A stretch of DNA of 34,243 nt from a virus (taxonomy: Duplodnaviria; Caudoviricetes). The notes under the pieces are model-generated. The model was not told the origin of the DNA and searched no databases. It worked only from the letters and a program-made list of their open reading frames with translations. Position numbers and translations under genes: made by a program. Positions 16,181 to 25,763 of this stretch are shown piece after piece (position 1 is the first letter of the stretch; each line of letters opens with the position of its first letter). The stretch spans positions 1 through 34,243 of IMG/VR virus record IMGVR_UViG_3300042883_000524; one strand, 5' to 3'.

Positions 16181-16433
16181 TATTTATAGTGTTTGAATTT
16201 TTAGAAACTCCATTTAATCCGCCTATCAATTGTGGAACGTCCTCATCTTGATTATTTACACCTCCACTTAAGATTGTGTTATTAGTTGTGTAAGTACTTG
16301 GTAATCCATCCATGAAGTTTGTAAGTGATATCTTCTTTGGAACGTCACTAGTAGCATCATCCAAGTATAGACTATCCGTACTATCTAATGTAGTGACATC
16401 TTTGTATCTTACGAAATATGGAATTTCACTCAT
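16173..16433 (-). CDS. small structural/fibre-associated protein
   Basis: TLDSTDSLYLDD...PKKISLTNF resembles the N-terminal module of 9168-9617. Confidence 0.6.
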   Translation of the reverse strand: MSEIPYFVRYKDVTTLDSTDSLYLDDATSDVPKKISLTNFMDGLPSTYTTNNTILSGGVNNQDEDVPQLIGGLNGVSKNSNTINNG

Positions 16434-17002
16434 AGTTTGCCAAGTAGTTCTTTAATCTGATTCATGATGTCGTCCTGCATTTCTAATCGCTCCAAGCCAT
16501 CATATTTACCCTCGATGCTGAACCCATTAAACTTACCATCTTTTATACCTTGGTAAACTTCTTCATTGTAAACTTTCATCTTTACAACCCAAGCACCAAC
16601 TGGAGCATTAAGTTTATATAGGTTTGATTTATCGTTCTTAACATCCTCAACAATCCATGACTCAATTAATGCTACACCATCAACATTTTCTGCATGATCT
16701 ACCGTAACATTATTTCCGTACAATTTTTTCATGTAAAGCTCTTGAGTTTTAGCAATTGTTTCAGCACTAAATGACACCGTAAATTCTTTATCTTTTATAC
16801 GTCTTAGAATCTTCTTTTCAGGAACTAATGCAAGTCCAATAACCTCACGTTTACCCTCGTCAATTACTTTCATTTCAACCTCCATTTCAGAAAGTAAAAT
16901 AAAATCTTCTTCAATAGCAGGACGATCAACAAAACTAATTGCAAAGACACCTTGCTCTTTCTCGTCCTTAATTGTAAGTTCTATATTCTGTAACTTTTCC
17001 AT
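16430..17002 (-). CDS. prohead serine protease (XkdF-like)
   Basis: AISFVDRPAIE, VDHA, ESWIVED and GKFNGFSIEG. Confidence 0.8.
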   Translation of the reverse strand: MEKLQNIELTIKDEKEQGVFAISFVDRPAIEEDFILLSEMEVEMKVIDEGKREVIGLALVPEKKILRRIKDKEFTVSFSAETIAKTQELYMKKLYGNNVTVDHAENVDGVALIESWIVEDVKNDKSNLYKLNAPVGAWVVKMKVYNEEVYQGIKDGKFNGFSIEGKYDGLERLEMQDDIMNQIKELLGKL

Positions 17003-17010
17003 ATTATTAT

Positions 17011-17032
17011 AACTTATAAAGTAGCATTTTGT
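17011..17032 (-). promoter_or_regulatory. putative late promoter ACAA-N14-AGTT
   Basis: AAAATACAAAATGCTACTTTATAAGTT-N8-ATG(17002); overlaps the TMP stop. Confidence 0.7.
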
Positions 17033-18738
17033 ATTTTTTTCTTATCTAACATTTGTTGTGTCGTAACGTCCGAACCTACAACATAAGCTTTTATAGGTGC
17101 TTGATTTAATTGAGCTAATTGCGTTTGGTTTTGACTTCCTATAATGTTGAATCTAGGAGTTACTACTTGGGTATTATCCCCACCTCCATTACTAGCACCT
17201 CCACTAACTGTCGTATTGCTTCCGCTTGATCCTCCTTTAAATTCTTGTTTACGAATATTGTTCACCATAGCTAAACCACCAGCAACCGTTAACCCTGCGG
17301 CAATACCTTTAACTAATGGCCCCCCTGGTGTATCTTTGTAGGCACTTAATGCAGCTTTATAAGTATCCATTAAACCCCCAGCAATATTTGCTGCTTTCTG
17401 AATGTCGAACGCTCTCTTTTGTTCTTTCTCTGACTTCCCAGCAAATGCCGTTGCTAAATCTCCAATTACCGAAAATGAATTTCTAGCAATACTAAACTTT
17501 GCATCTGATAAAGCTTGAGCGTTGGCTATATCATCCAACCTTTTCTTTTCATCTTCTGCAGCTTGTTTGTCTGATATTTCTTTTCGTGTTAAATATGCCT
17601 GTTGATCAATTGCTAATTGTTTATCTTTGTCAGCTTGATAATTAACTAGTGCATCATCTCGCATTTTTTTGCCTCTACTAAGAAATAATTCCTCACCAGC
17701 TAATGCTTCTTTATCATAAGCTTCCTTTTCTTTTCTTTTCTTTTCAGCTTCAGCACGTGCTTTTTCTTGAGCGTCTTTTAAATCATCTGCACGTTTTTGT
17801 TTAGTGTCGTAAAAGAATTGAGTTTGCTCTATTCCTAGTTGATTATGTTCAGAACGTTTGTTATCTATTATGTCGCTCTTTTGTTTCTCTAGTGCTTTAA
17901 TTTCTTTTTGAATACTCTTAGCTAGTTCCCACTCTTCTTCTTTTAATGCCCATTTATAAGCACCCGTCTTTTGTTTTATAGCGTCATTTATAGTTTTAAT
18001 AGATTTCTGATACAACTTATCTCTTTCTTCTAGTTGTGCTTTTTCAATGTCCAGAATCTCCTTTTCACTTACCCCTCTTGCCTTGGCTCTTTTTAACTCA
18101 ACGTCTTGTCTTTCTTTAAGTTGTTTAGTTTGCTTATCAATTAATCCGTTTTGTTTGTCTAGTGTATCGTTGAATTTCTTGTTAGCATCGTTTATTTCTT
18201 CCGTTGAATCAATCCAATCCATGATTTTTGGAAGTAATACACCAATAGCAATAACCAAAGCACCTATACCCGTTGTTATTATCGCACTTTTTAGACTTGA
18301 GAATGCTGAGACAAGACTAGTTTTTATAACAGTTCCTAGATTTAAGAATGCGTCTTTAGCAGCCATCACTCCACTAATACCATCAGCAAGTGCCATTGCA
18401 GATTGTACTTTGAGTAATTGCTCTTGAACCGCTTTACCCTCAACGCCAACTAACCCCAAAGCACCCTCAAAAGCTTGGAATCCATTAAGCACACCACCAA
18501 TAGAGGTGGATAGCGCGTTGAATTTAGCATCAGGATTAAAGGCATCCGTTAAAGCCTTAGCGTCACCGATAGCATCCTTAAGTTCCGCAGCCTTTTTTGC
18601 AGCAGTAACGGCTTCTTTAGACGTTATACCGAACTTATCAGAAAGTGCCTGAACTTCTTGTTGCGCCTCCCTTAATTGTGCCTTAAGAGATGCAGAGTTT
18701 GTCTTTACTTCTAATTCAATTACTTTCTTTTCTGCCAT
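17014..18738 (-). CDS. tail tape measure protein
   Basis: Ala/Lys-rich helical protein with hydrophobic segments (TTGIGALVIAIGVLL) and a long coiled coil. Confidence 0.85.
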   Translation of the reverse strand: MAEKKVIELEVKTNSASLKAQLREAQQEVQALSDKFGITSKEAVTAAKKAAELKDAIGDAKALTDAFNPDAKFNALSTSIGGVLNGFQAFEGALGLVGVEGKAVQEQLLKVQSAMALADGISGVMAAKDAFLNLGTVIKTSLVSAFSSLKSAIITTGIGALVIAIGVLLPKIMDWIDSTEEINDANKKFNDTLDKQNGLIDKQTKQLKERQDVELKRAKARGVSEKEILDIEKAQLEERDKLYQKSIKTINDAIKQKTGAYKWALKEEEWELAKSIQKEIKALEKQKSDIIDNKRSEHNQLGIEQTQFFYDTKQKRADDLKDAQEKARAEAEKKRKEKEAYDKEALAGEELFLSRGKKMRDDALVNYQADKDKQLAIDQQAYLTRKEISDKQAAEDEKKRLDDIANAQALSDAKFSIARNSFSVIGDLATAFAGKSEKEQKRAFDIQKAANIAGGLMDTYKAALSAYKDTPGGPLVKGIAAGLTVAGGLAMVNNIRKQEFKGGSSGSNTTVSGGASNGGGDNTQVVTPRFNIIGSQNQTQLAQLNQAPIKAYVVGSDVTTQQMLDKKKIQNATL

Positions 18739-18892
18739 GTTGCTTTGCTTTCAATAATAACTCTCTTTTGCCTTGTTTGTAGTTTACGCGAAAGGAATTT
18801 GACAATAGGTATTTTCCCTTTGCGATGTCTATATTCTCGCTCACTCCATAGAAATTATCTATCTTTAGTAAGGCTATTATTTGCTCTATCAT
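18716..18892 (-). CDS. small hypothetical protein (58 aa)
   Basis: MIEQIIALLKIDNFYGVSENIDIAKGKY...; ATGA-coupled; fills the gap between the tail protein and the TMP. Confidence 0.6.
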   Translation of the reverse strand: MIEQIIALLKIDNFYGVSENIDIAKGKYLLSNSFRVNYKQGKRELLLKAKQHGRKESN

Positions 18893-21228
18893 GATTGGTA
18901 TATGTTTAATGTGTCTACAATTGAATTACCTAAGTTATCAACGTTTGTTATGTCTATTGGAATAACTTGATCTGATCCACTTTCTGTTATTAAATTAAAT
19001 CCATCTTCAGTTATAATGTAATCCCCTACCTCACTTAACATAGGCTCAAATGGAGTTGGATTAATTGGTATTGTTATGTCTACCCATGTATCAGTAGTTA
19101 TTGTTGTAGTTGAAAAAGTCACACCACTATAAGTACTTGATAAAGTTGTGCTACTACTCCATGGTGGAGATGAAAACTGACTAGTAATAACACCGCCACC
19201 ACTACTCATTAATAATGGTGCTGTCGCATTGATGATATTTCTAAAATCTAATACTAAAGATAAGTTAACTTCACCCGTAGTTATATCTGACTTAATCTCG
19301 TTAATGATATATCTTTTATCTCTAATCGTTAAGCGATCGTTTAAGTTTAACTTAGTAATCAATGACAAAGGGAAGTATGCTTTTACGTTAACTAACCTGT
19401 TCTTTTTATTGAATAAATTACTTAAGTATCTACTATAATAAGTATCATACAATCCATTACTCAATAAAGTATTATCTAGCACGCTTTTTTCTTCACCAAA
19501 TGACAATGAGTATCTAGTAGACTGAAACGTAACCTCGTTTATAAATGGTGCGTATGTCGTTTTATTATTCCTAGTTGAACCATTGTAAAAGTAAAAATCG
19601 CATGATTTAACATCTTCTAAATATAGTAACGTAGGTTTCGGTATGTAAGATTTATAATCAGGGTTAGGTGTTAAGCAATAAGACGTGCACAAATTAACAC
19701 CATCTAAATTTAAAGGTAGTAACTCTTCAAATGGAACAGATACAGTAAAGTCTCCATTATCATATTCAGGGAATACATCGCTAGTATCTCCATAGTCACG
19801 TGTTCCGTTGTTATCTCCTGTATATTCTCTATTAACAAATGATTCGCTTTTTTCATGCTTAAAAGAAATGTTTTTGTATAAAGGCACACGTGAAATATCT
19901 ATCGTATCCGTATCAACAAATTTTGTTATATCGTAAATATATCCCTTACTGTAAAAGTTCTCCAATGTCTCAACTAAGAATGTATTTGTACCGCTTGAAT
20001 AACAAGTAAGATTAAACATTTTTAATATACCGCTAAAGAAATCAGCAACCGTAATGTCAGGAATATGATTATGTAAACTAAGACTTGCAACGGTTGTTAT
20101 GTTTGCTATCTGAATACTTTTAGTTAAAAACTTTTCCCATAAAGCATCTCCAACATAAGCTATAATCTTAATGTTTTTTAAATTAGCAGGAACATCTGTT
20201 TTTATTTTGTATGATAGCCTTTGACTTGGAGAGGATGCAGGCTTTGAATATAAATTTTGCCACAATCCTGTTGTGCTTGAAAAACTTACCGTCTTTACGT
20301 ATGTTAAATATGAATAGCATTCAACGTAAATAGTACAAGGCACATCTGATTCGCAATAAATATCAACCGTATTATTTCGACCGTCAGGATAAGTAAGCAA
20401 TTGTATTTGATCGCTATCTAAAAAAACACCGCTTTTTGTGTTGTTAGTTCCTGGCACATTGTATGATGTAATATCAGCCTGAACGGTATTCGTGTAGTTG
20501 ACAAATGTTTCTTTATTCTTTAACCATAAAAATAAACGATCCCAACATTTATTGGAAGAACTTAAAAAACCACCCGTTAATGTGATGCCATACTTTGTAC
20601 TAATCGCGTCAAATATTCTGGCAACTTTCAAAGCGGGAAACAACTCGTTGAATCCAATAGCCCCAGCACTTGTTTTAATATCCGTACTTAATCCATCGTT
20701 GTAAGTCCATACACGTTTAGAAGTAATCAAGGGGAATCTAACATTCTTTGTGTAATCAGTTGATGTAATCAAACTCTCAACGCTTGAGCCCGTATAAGTA
20801 ACGTCATAAGCTGATAAATCTAAATCTACTAACTTATCATTTCCGAAGTTATCCTTAAGACTTAATAAACTACCGTAGAATGTTAATGTGTAGCTCTCAA
20901 CTTGTCCATTCTTTAAGTTTGATTTTTCTAACTGAATCTTACCACTCCTAAATGGTGTTAAGTCAATTTCAATATATGATTTTCTCCTAACATTTGGATT
21001 ACCTACAGAATCAACATCTGATTGATAAAAATGTTCAAATATTGCATTATTATTTGGACTTGCTGGAATAGTGAATGACTGTGTGAAATCAGTATATACC
21101 TTAGAAATATCTTGTATGTTTTGTACACTTAAATTAATATCAATTTTCTCATCGTTAAACAATTCTAGTTTTGAATATGCACCACTTCCGCTAACACTTT
21201 CAACATAAATATCAACTACTCTCTTCAT
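18889..21228 (-). CDS. large tail/baseplate hub-type structural protein
   Basis: 779-aa beta-rich protein in the tail module (LELFNDEKI...FTQSFTIPASPNNNAIFEH). Confidence 0.7.
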   Translation of the reverse strand: MKRVVDIYVESVSGSGAYSKLELFNDEKIDINLSVQNIQDISKVYTDFTQSFTIPASPNNNAIFEHFYQSDVDSVGNPNVRRKSYIEIDLTPFRSGKIQLEKSNLKNGQVESYTLTFYGSLLSLKDNFGNDKLVDLDLSAYDVTYTGSSVESLITSTDYTKNVRFPLITSKRVWTYNDGLSTDIKTSAGAIGFNELFPALKVARIFDAISTKYGITLTGGFLSSSNKCWDRLFLWLKNKETFVNYTNTVQADITSYNVPGTNNTKSGVFLDSDQIQLLTYPDGRNNTVDIYCESDVPCTIYVECYSYLTYVKTVSFSSTTGLWQNLYSKPASSPSQRLSYKIKTDVPANLKNIKIIAYVGDALWEKFLTKSIQIANITTVASLSLHNHIPDITVADFFSGILKMFNLTCYSSGTNTFLVETLENFYSKGYIYDITKFVDTDTIDISRVPLYKNISFKHEKSESFVNREYTGDNNGTRDYGDTSDVFPEYDNGDFTVSVPFEELLPLNLDGVNLCTSYCLTPNPDYKSYIPKPTLLYLEDVKSCDFYFYNGSTRNNKTTYAPFINEVTFQSTRYSLSFGEEKSVLDNTLLSNGLYDTYYSRYLSNLFNKKNRLVNVKAYFPLSLITKLNLNDRLTIRDKRYIINEIKSDITTGEVNLSLVLDFRNIINATAPLLMSSGGGVITSQFSSPPWSSSTTLSSTYSGVTFSTTTITTDTWVDITIPINPTPFEPMLSEVGDYIITEDGFNLITESGSDQVIPIDITNVDNLGNSIVDTLNIYQS

Positions 21229-22262
21229 TATATTACATTATTTATAGTATTGTAAGCAAATTCAAACTCTATGTTATAGTTAATCATGTGATTATTTATA
21301 CTTTTCATGACTTCTAACGACTTTGTTTTACAAATAGCAGGCTTATTATCAACCAATATCTTTTCACTCATTAGAAGCTGTTTAAGATTATCCTTAAAAT
21401 CTTCACTAACATATCCACTATTAACACTAATTGATTCTTTTGCGTTGGTATTAAATGACCTTTTCTGACCTTGAAACGTACTGTAACTAGATACTGAGCT
21501 TTGCATTACATTGTAGTCGCTAGATTGAATGTCTAATGTATTCTTAGATGCTTTAAAAAAGAATTCCCTTTGCCAAGCTCCGTACTTGTTTATAAAGTCA
21601 ATCACTACAGGTGTGTATTTAGGTTCGCAAACAGGAGTAAATGTCCACGTTGCCAATACCGTACCTGTAGATGTAAGTATTTCTAATTTATTTGAAGTAA
21701 CATTACCATCAGCAATAGGATCGAAAAACGTTTTGATTCTCGGTAATGTATAGAATCCATCAGCGTCTATTGTTGTTGAGCTATAAAACGCACCTACTGT
21801 ATACTTAACAACATACGTGTCTAATAGATAAGCCCAAACTTCACCCGCATAAGTAGATCCGTTGTAATAGTATTCTTTTTGATCTAGTAAATAATTCCCT
21901 AAGTCAAAATTACTTCCGCTTTCATAGTATGTATAGCCATCATAACAAGTGTAAGTCGTAGTGCTTAATAAAGTATATGTACCTCCTACATATTTATACC
22001 TTTTAATCTTTGCTTTACGGTAAAAGTTAGAGTATAATGTTGTTAAAGCTGATGGAGATTGCGGAGCTGATAAAGTTATAAACTCTCTAATATAAGCAGA
22101 CACATCGTAAACATTGCTACTACCTAATTTTGATAGCGTATATTGTGGAGTACTAGGTCCACCACCGATACCATCCCAAATGAATAACTCTACCTTACTA
22201 CCTTCCTGTCCTGTTTCGCCTACTGATATTATGTAAGGACTTCTAGCGAATATGTTTGCCAT
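21228..22262 (-). CDS. tail structural protein (distal-tail/baseplate-like)
   Basis: Beta-rich, FINKYGAWQ motif; coupled to the hub gene. Confidence 0.65.
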   Translation of the reverse strand: MANIFARSPYIISVGETGQEGSKVELFIWDGIGGGPSTPQYTLSKLGSSNVYDVSAYIREFITLSAPQSPSALTTLYSNFYRKAKIKRYKYVGGTYTLLSTTTYTCYDGYTYYESGSNFDLGNYLLDQKEYYYNGSTYAGEVWAYLLDTYVVKYTVGAFYSSTTIDADGFYTLPRIKTFFDPIADGNVTSNKLEILTSTGTVLATWTFTPVCEPKYTPVVIDFINKYGAWQREFFFKASKNTLDIQSSDYNVMQSSVSSYSTFQGQKRSFNTNAKESISVNSGYVSEDFKDNLKQLLMSEKILVDNKPAICKTKSLEVMKSINNHMINYNIEFEFAYNTINNVI

Positions 22263-22814
22263 CTATTTCGGTTGTTTAATTGTTTGATTAAATAACTTAG
22301 AACAGTCCAATCCGTATTTAACAACTAAGCTCTCGGGTAATTTATCAAATGCTTTTTCAAATGGTTTAGTAAAGAATAATGATGGCTTTATACCTCTTGC
22401 CCAAATGTTTTTAGCTGTGATAAATCCTATTGCTTTGAAACTTCCTTTAACATACTGCCCCTGCTTATTTCTTAACCTTAAATTCTTTCTTTGTGCCCAC
22501 TTTGCAATTAAGTCAGATGGTGGTCTCTTAGTCTTGAAGCTGTACGGACTATTAGGTGCTTGTTGTCCTTTTATCTTTGCGTTTGGTGAAACCTGTGATG
22601 GATCCGCACCCCTTACCCCTTTATCGACAAACGCTCCATAATCCCCTAAATCAAATGATAGATAGAAAGAGTTAGGCATTACTTTTGCTTCACCTTTAAT
22701 CGTATTATACAATCCTTTTTTGTCGTTCTTCTTTAGCTTAGATAGGTTTGATTTAGATTGTTGAATTACATAATTCTTAAACTTATCTAGTTCTTCCTGA
22801 GTATTGTCTAACAT
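22263..22814 (-). CDS. putative tail completion/neck protein
   Basis: Basic protein; YGAFVDKGVRG and GIKPSLFFTKPF resemble HK97 gp10-like proteins. Confidence 0.6.
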   Translation of the reverse strand: MLDNTQEELDKFKNYVIQQSKSNLSKLKKNDKKGLYNTIKGEAKVMPNSFYLSFDLGDYGAFVDKGVRGADPSQVSPNAKIKGQQAPNSPYSFKTKRPPSDLIAKWAQRKNLRLRNKQGQYVKGSFKAIGFITAKNIWARGIKPSLFFTKPFEKAFDKLPESLVVKYGLDCSKLFNQTIKQPK

Positions 22815-23266
22815 ATAGTCATATCGTTAACAGTTGTTACATCGAATGTCATTGACCAACCAGCTACATCATCCGTAAACCTTTCAACAAACGGCTCTAA
22901 GTCAGCAGCATCATTTTCAACAGAGAAAAGTAGATCGCTCATGCTCCCACGTCTTGCACTCTCCAAGAATCTTTGACAAATCAAGAACGTATTGTGTAAT
23001 ACATCATCTAAGTTATCATTGCCGTAATATAAATTAACAGGGTCAGCATTTGAATAGTCGACCAAGTCCATTGCAAGAATTGATATGTTATACACAACAC
23101 TAGAACCTTCAATCTTTGCACCGTTAATCATAACGTGTACTAACGGATACATGTCCTTTTTAGCATTCGTAATCTTATCTAAACTTCCCTTTGTAACTTG
23201 GTTTACTAACGCGTCCGTTATTAGGAAGTTGTACAATGTGTCTGTTAAATTATAGTAGCCTTTCAT
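22808..23266 (-). CDS. putative tail terminator protein
   Basis: Acidic 152-aa protein with YPLVHV and VAGWSMTFDV; position in the tail module. Confidence 0.55.
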   Translation of the reverse strand: MKGYYNLTDTLYNFLITDALVNQVTKGSLDKITNAKKDMYPLVHVMINGAKIEGSSVVYNISILAMDLVDYSNADPVNLYYGNDNLDDVLHNTFLICQRFLESARRGSMSDLLFSVENDAADLEPFVERFTDDVAGWSMTFDVTTVNDMTIC

Positions 23267-23525
23267 GTTGTCGTTTTAATTGTCTATATTCTATGTCGCT
23301 CTTTTGCTTTTCAAACGTGAGCATCGTTAAGCACTCAAAAAGTCCCGCGCTTGTAACTCGTTCAAACTTTGTAATGTCTCCTTTAGCGAGTTGATATATT
23401 GATTGATACCATCCCCATTGTTTTCCAAATTGAGCTGTTTCGCTAAAATCGTTTTGCTCTTCTTCGTCATCTGTTTCTCTAAATAAGACAGGGTAGCCGT
23501 CAACAGTTCTTTTCCTAAACTCCAA
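23250..23525 (-). CDS. -1 frameshift extension of the tail assembly chaperone (gpT-like)
   Basis: The -1 frame opens exactly at the 9-T slippery run (23524-23532); no ATG start. Confidence 0.7.
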   Translation of the reverse strand: MEFRKRTVDGYPVLFRETDDEEEQNDFSETAQFGKQWGWYQSIYQLAKGDITKFERVTSAGLFECLTMLTFEKQKSDIEYRQLKRQHERLL

Positions 23526-24016
23526 AAAAAAACCGATGCAGGAAGTACAACATCTAAAGGTGCGTATTTCATCAAGTCAGCATAGTTTGATGTTCCGTTG
23601 TATTTCTCGATAGTATACTTATTCCCTTTCTGACTCGTGATAGGTCGATACATAACGGCCATTGCTTTGTGGAATGATTGCACATCTATTATGTTAGACT
23701 CTAGATCTATATACTCACCAAACGATATGTCTTCTAGCTCATTAATGAATCCGAACTTCACACCTTGTATTTCGAATGTTCTTTTAAGCTCCAACTTATC
23801 TTTGAATAGCTTATTGAAATGAGTTGTAAGGTCTATTACGTCGTTAAGTTTAATGTTAACAACTTGCTTTAATTCTATACCGCAGAATATCTCAATCATT
23901 TTCTGAGATATAAACATATCGGAATTATCCTTATTCGATGCAACTACCATGAACTTTTGGTAGTGCATCAAAGGGATCTCATTTAACGATGTTGGTATTA
24001 CTAACTCTAACTTCAT
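23327..24016 (-). CDS. tail assembly chaperone (gpG-like)
   Basis: Contains GTT TTT TTT TGG (V-F-F-W) at codons 162-165; first gene of the tail block. Confidence 0.7.
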   Translation of the reverse strand: MKLELVIPTSLNEIPLMHYQKFMVVASNKDNSDMFISQKMIEIFCGIELKQVVNIKLNDVIDLTTHFNKLFKDKLELKRTFEIQGVKFGFINELEDISFGEYIDLESNIIDVQSFHKAMAVMYRPITSQKGNKYTIEKYNGTSNYADLMKYAPLDVVLPASVFFWSLGKELLTATLSYLEKQMTKKSKTILAKQLNLENNGDGINQYINSLKETLQSLNELQARDFLSA

Positions 24017-24339
24017 AGTTCTTTATCGTTTAAAGCAAAGTATAAGTTTTGTAATTGATGAATGTATTTAATACTTCTTAATTCATAACAACAAGCGTCA
24101 CTTTCATCATAGCTATAAATCCATTCTTCACCATCTTTTTTTATAGAGTGAAAATAGTCTCCAGCTTCAATAATGTAATTTGAATAGTCTTTCTCAAATC
24201 CAAACTTCAACAACCATTCTTCTGTTATTGGAATAGGAGTCATAATAGACGCATTATAATAAAGCTCTTGTAATTCAATCCTAAGAATTGTATCTTCGAT
24301 ATTAACGTAATTACCTATCCTTACTTCTTTCTCATCCAT
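24013..24339 (-). CDS. hypothetical phage protein
   Basis: RIGNYV...PIPITEEWLLKFGF...YIHQLQNLYFAL; coupled to its neighbours. Confidence 0.75.
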   Translation of the reverse strand: MDEKEVRIGNYVNIEDTILRIELQELYYNASIMTPIPITEEWLLKFGFEKDYSNYIIEAGDYFHSIKKDGEEWIYSYDESDACCYELRSIKYIHQLQNLYFALNDKEL

Positions 24340-24545
24340 TATTTAATACTTTTTCTAATAGCTTTCCAATACTCTAAGCTCCCTTGAAACTTCATTATCT
24401 CGTTGTCGATAGCTTCGTACATCGCTAACTTCCAATCGGATCCGTGTTCAGTTTTAAACTTTTCGATTAAGTCTAAGGTTACATCCTTAATAATTTGTTT
24501 CTTGTTCGGTACTTGGAACGTTACTTCTTTAACTTCTGTTTTCAT
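24339..24545 (-). CDS. hypothetical protein
   Basis: 68-aa ORF starting 9 nt after the terL stop. Confidence 0.7.
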   Translation of the reverse strand: MKTEVKEVTFQVPNKKQIIKDVTLDLIEKFKTEHGSDWKLAMYEAIDNEIMKFQGSLEYWKAIRKSIK

Positions 24546-24552
24546 ATTTTGT
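24531..24552 (-). promoter_or_regulatory. putative late promoter ACAA-N14-AGTT
   Basis: AAATACAAAATATGAAAACAGAAGTTAA, just after terL and upstream of the tail block. Confidence 0.55.
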
Positions 24553-24554
24553 AT

Positions 24555-25763
24555 TTAGTAAATTGAATACTTTCCTTTGTTTGGATTAGCCAACTGATAA
24601 CTAATCGCGTATCTCATTGCATCTAAGCAGTGATTCCATTTATCTATTGGCGTCTCACTCTTCTTTTCTAACCAACAATAATTGTTTAATTCCTTTATCA
24701 AATTTACGGAATTTTCTTCAATAATCAAGTCATAATCTTGAATTAAACTTATCCCGTATTTAACTGAATCAGCTCCCTTAATTGTAGGTACTATATTTAA
24801 ACCTCTCGCCTTAAGTTCTGCTATCAATCTAGGTTCTGAGTTATCCCCTACTATTAGATCTCTTCCTGCAAATTGTTGGTTTAATTGTGCTAGTTCACTT
24901 GTTGTTAAACCTTGCTTATGTATATGCTCTTTAATGTATATTCTTTTGTTAGCCTTGTCAATTGACGTTTCAATTAATGTTGATGGATCGTTACTGAATC
25001 CATAATCCTGACCAAATACGCTTCCATTATCTTTATTGAACTCTCCTATCCTCCAATTCGTGAAGATAACACCTTCTGCTTTTTCTAACCACCCCCCTAA
25101 TATAGTGTGTTTATACTTGTCAGGTCTTCTCTCTTTTATTGTTTCTATTTGATTTAAGAAACTTTCTGATAAGTTCTCTACATTATCTAAGTAAGTAGTA
25201 TGAATATATGTTGTATCGCCTTTGATTGTATTACTTCCAGCTTCAACACCTTTCGCTTCAAAGAACTTTTGATATATAAAGTGAGTCTTCATAGCTGGAT
25301 TTAAAACTAATATAACTCTATTTTGTTTATCTTTAGAACGAATAGAGAAATCTATTTTATCAAAGACATCCTCGTCAGTTAGCTCTTCTGCTTCATCTAG
25401 TACAAAACAAGTCACACCACTTAATGATTTTAAGTTTGCTGTTTGCTGTCCTGAAGAAGTTTTTATCCCTTTAAATAATATTTTGCTGCCAGTCTTCTTA
25501 TTTATTATCTCATCCTTTGTGATGTGAAAGTCTTCAAACTTATCTAGTATCTCTATCTTCTCTATAAATTCAGGTATAATTGATACGTGAGCAGAAGTAA
25601 GAGTATAACGAGTAAATAATATCGTATGTCCAGATTCATATGTTAACAATAATAAAAATGCATTTACACTAAATGACTTTGAAGATCCTCGTCCTCCCGT
25701 GACCACGTAGTATCTTGAGTCTCCTTTGAATAAACTTGTGTACTTTGGACTTAATTTAAACAT
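24555..25763 (-). CDS. terL: terminase large subunit (PBSX/SPP1-like)
   Basis: Walker A GGRGSSKS, Walker B VLDEAEE, coupling motif LNP, nuclease motif GQDYGFSNDP, and NHCLDAMRY. Confidence 0.95.
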   Translation of the reverse strand: MFKLSPKYTSLFKGDSRYYVVTGGRGSSKSFSVNAFLLLLTYESGHTILFTRYTLTSAHVSIIPEFIEKIEILDKFEDFHITKDEIINKKTGSKILFKGIKTSSGQQTANLKSLSGVTCFVLDEAEELTDEDVFDKIDFSIRSKDKQNRVILVLNPAMKTHFIYQKFFEAKGVEAGSNTIKGDTTYIHTTYLDNVENLSESFLNQIETIKERRPDKYKHTILGGWLEKAEGVIFTNWRIGEFNKDNGSVFGQDYGFSNDPSTLIETSIDKANKRIYIKEHIHKQGLTTSELAQLNQQFAGRDLIVGDNSEPRLIAELKARGLNIVPTIKGADSVKYGISLIQDYDLIIEENSVNLIKELNNYCWLEKKSETPIDKWNHCLDAMRYAISYQLANPNKGKYSIY

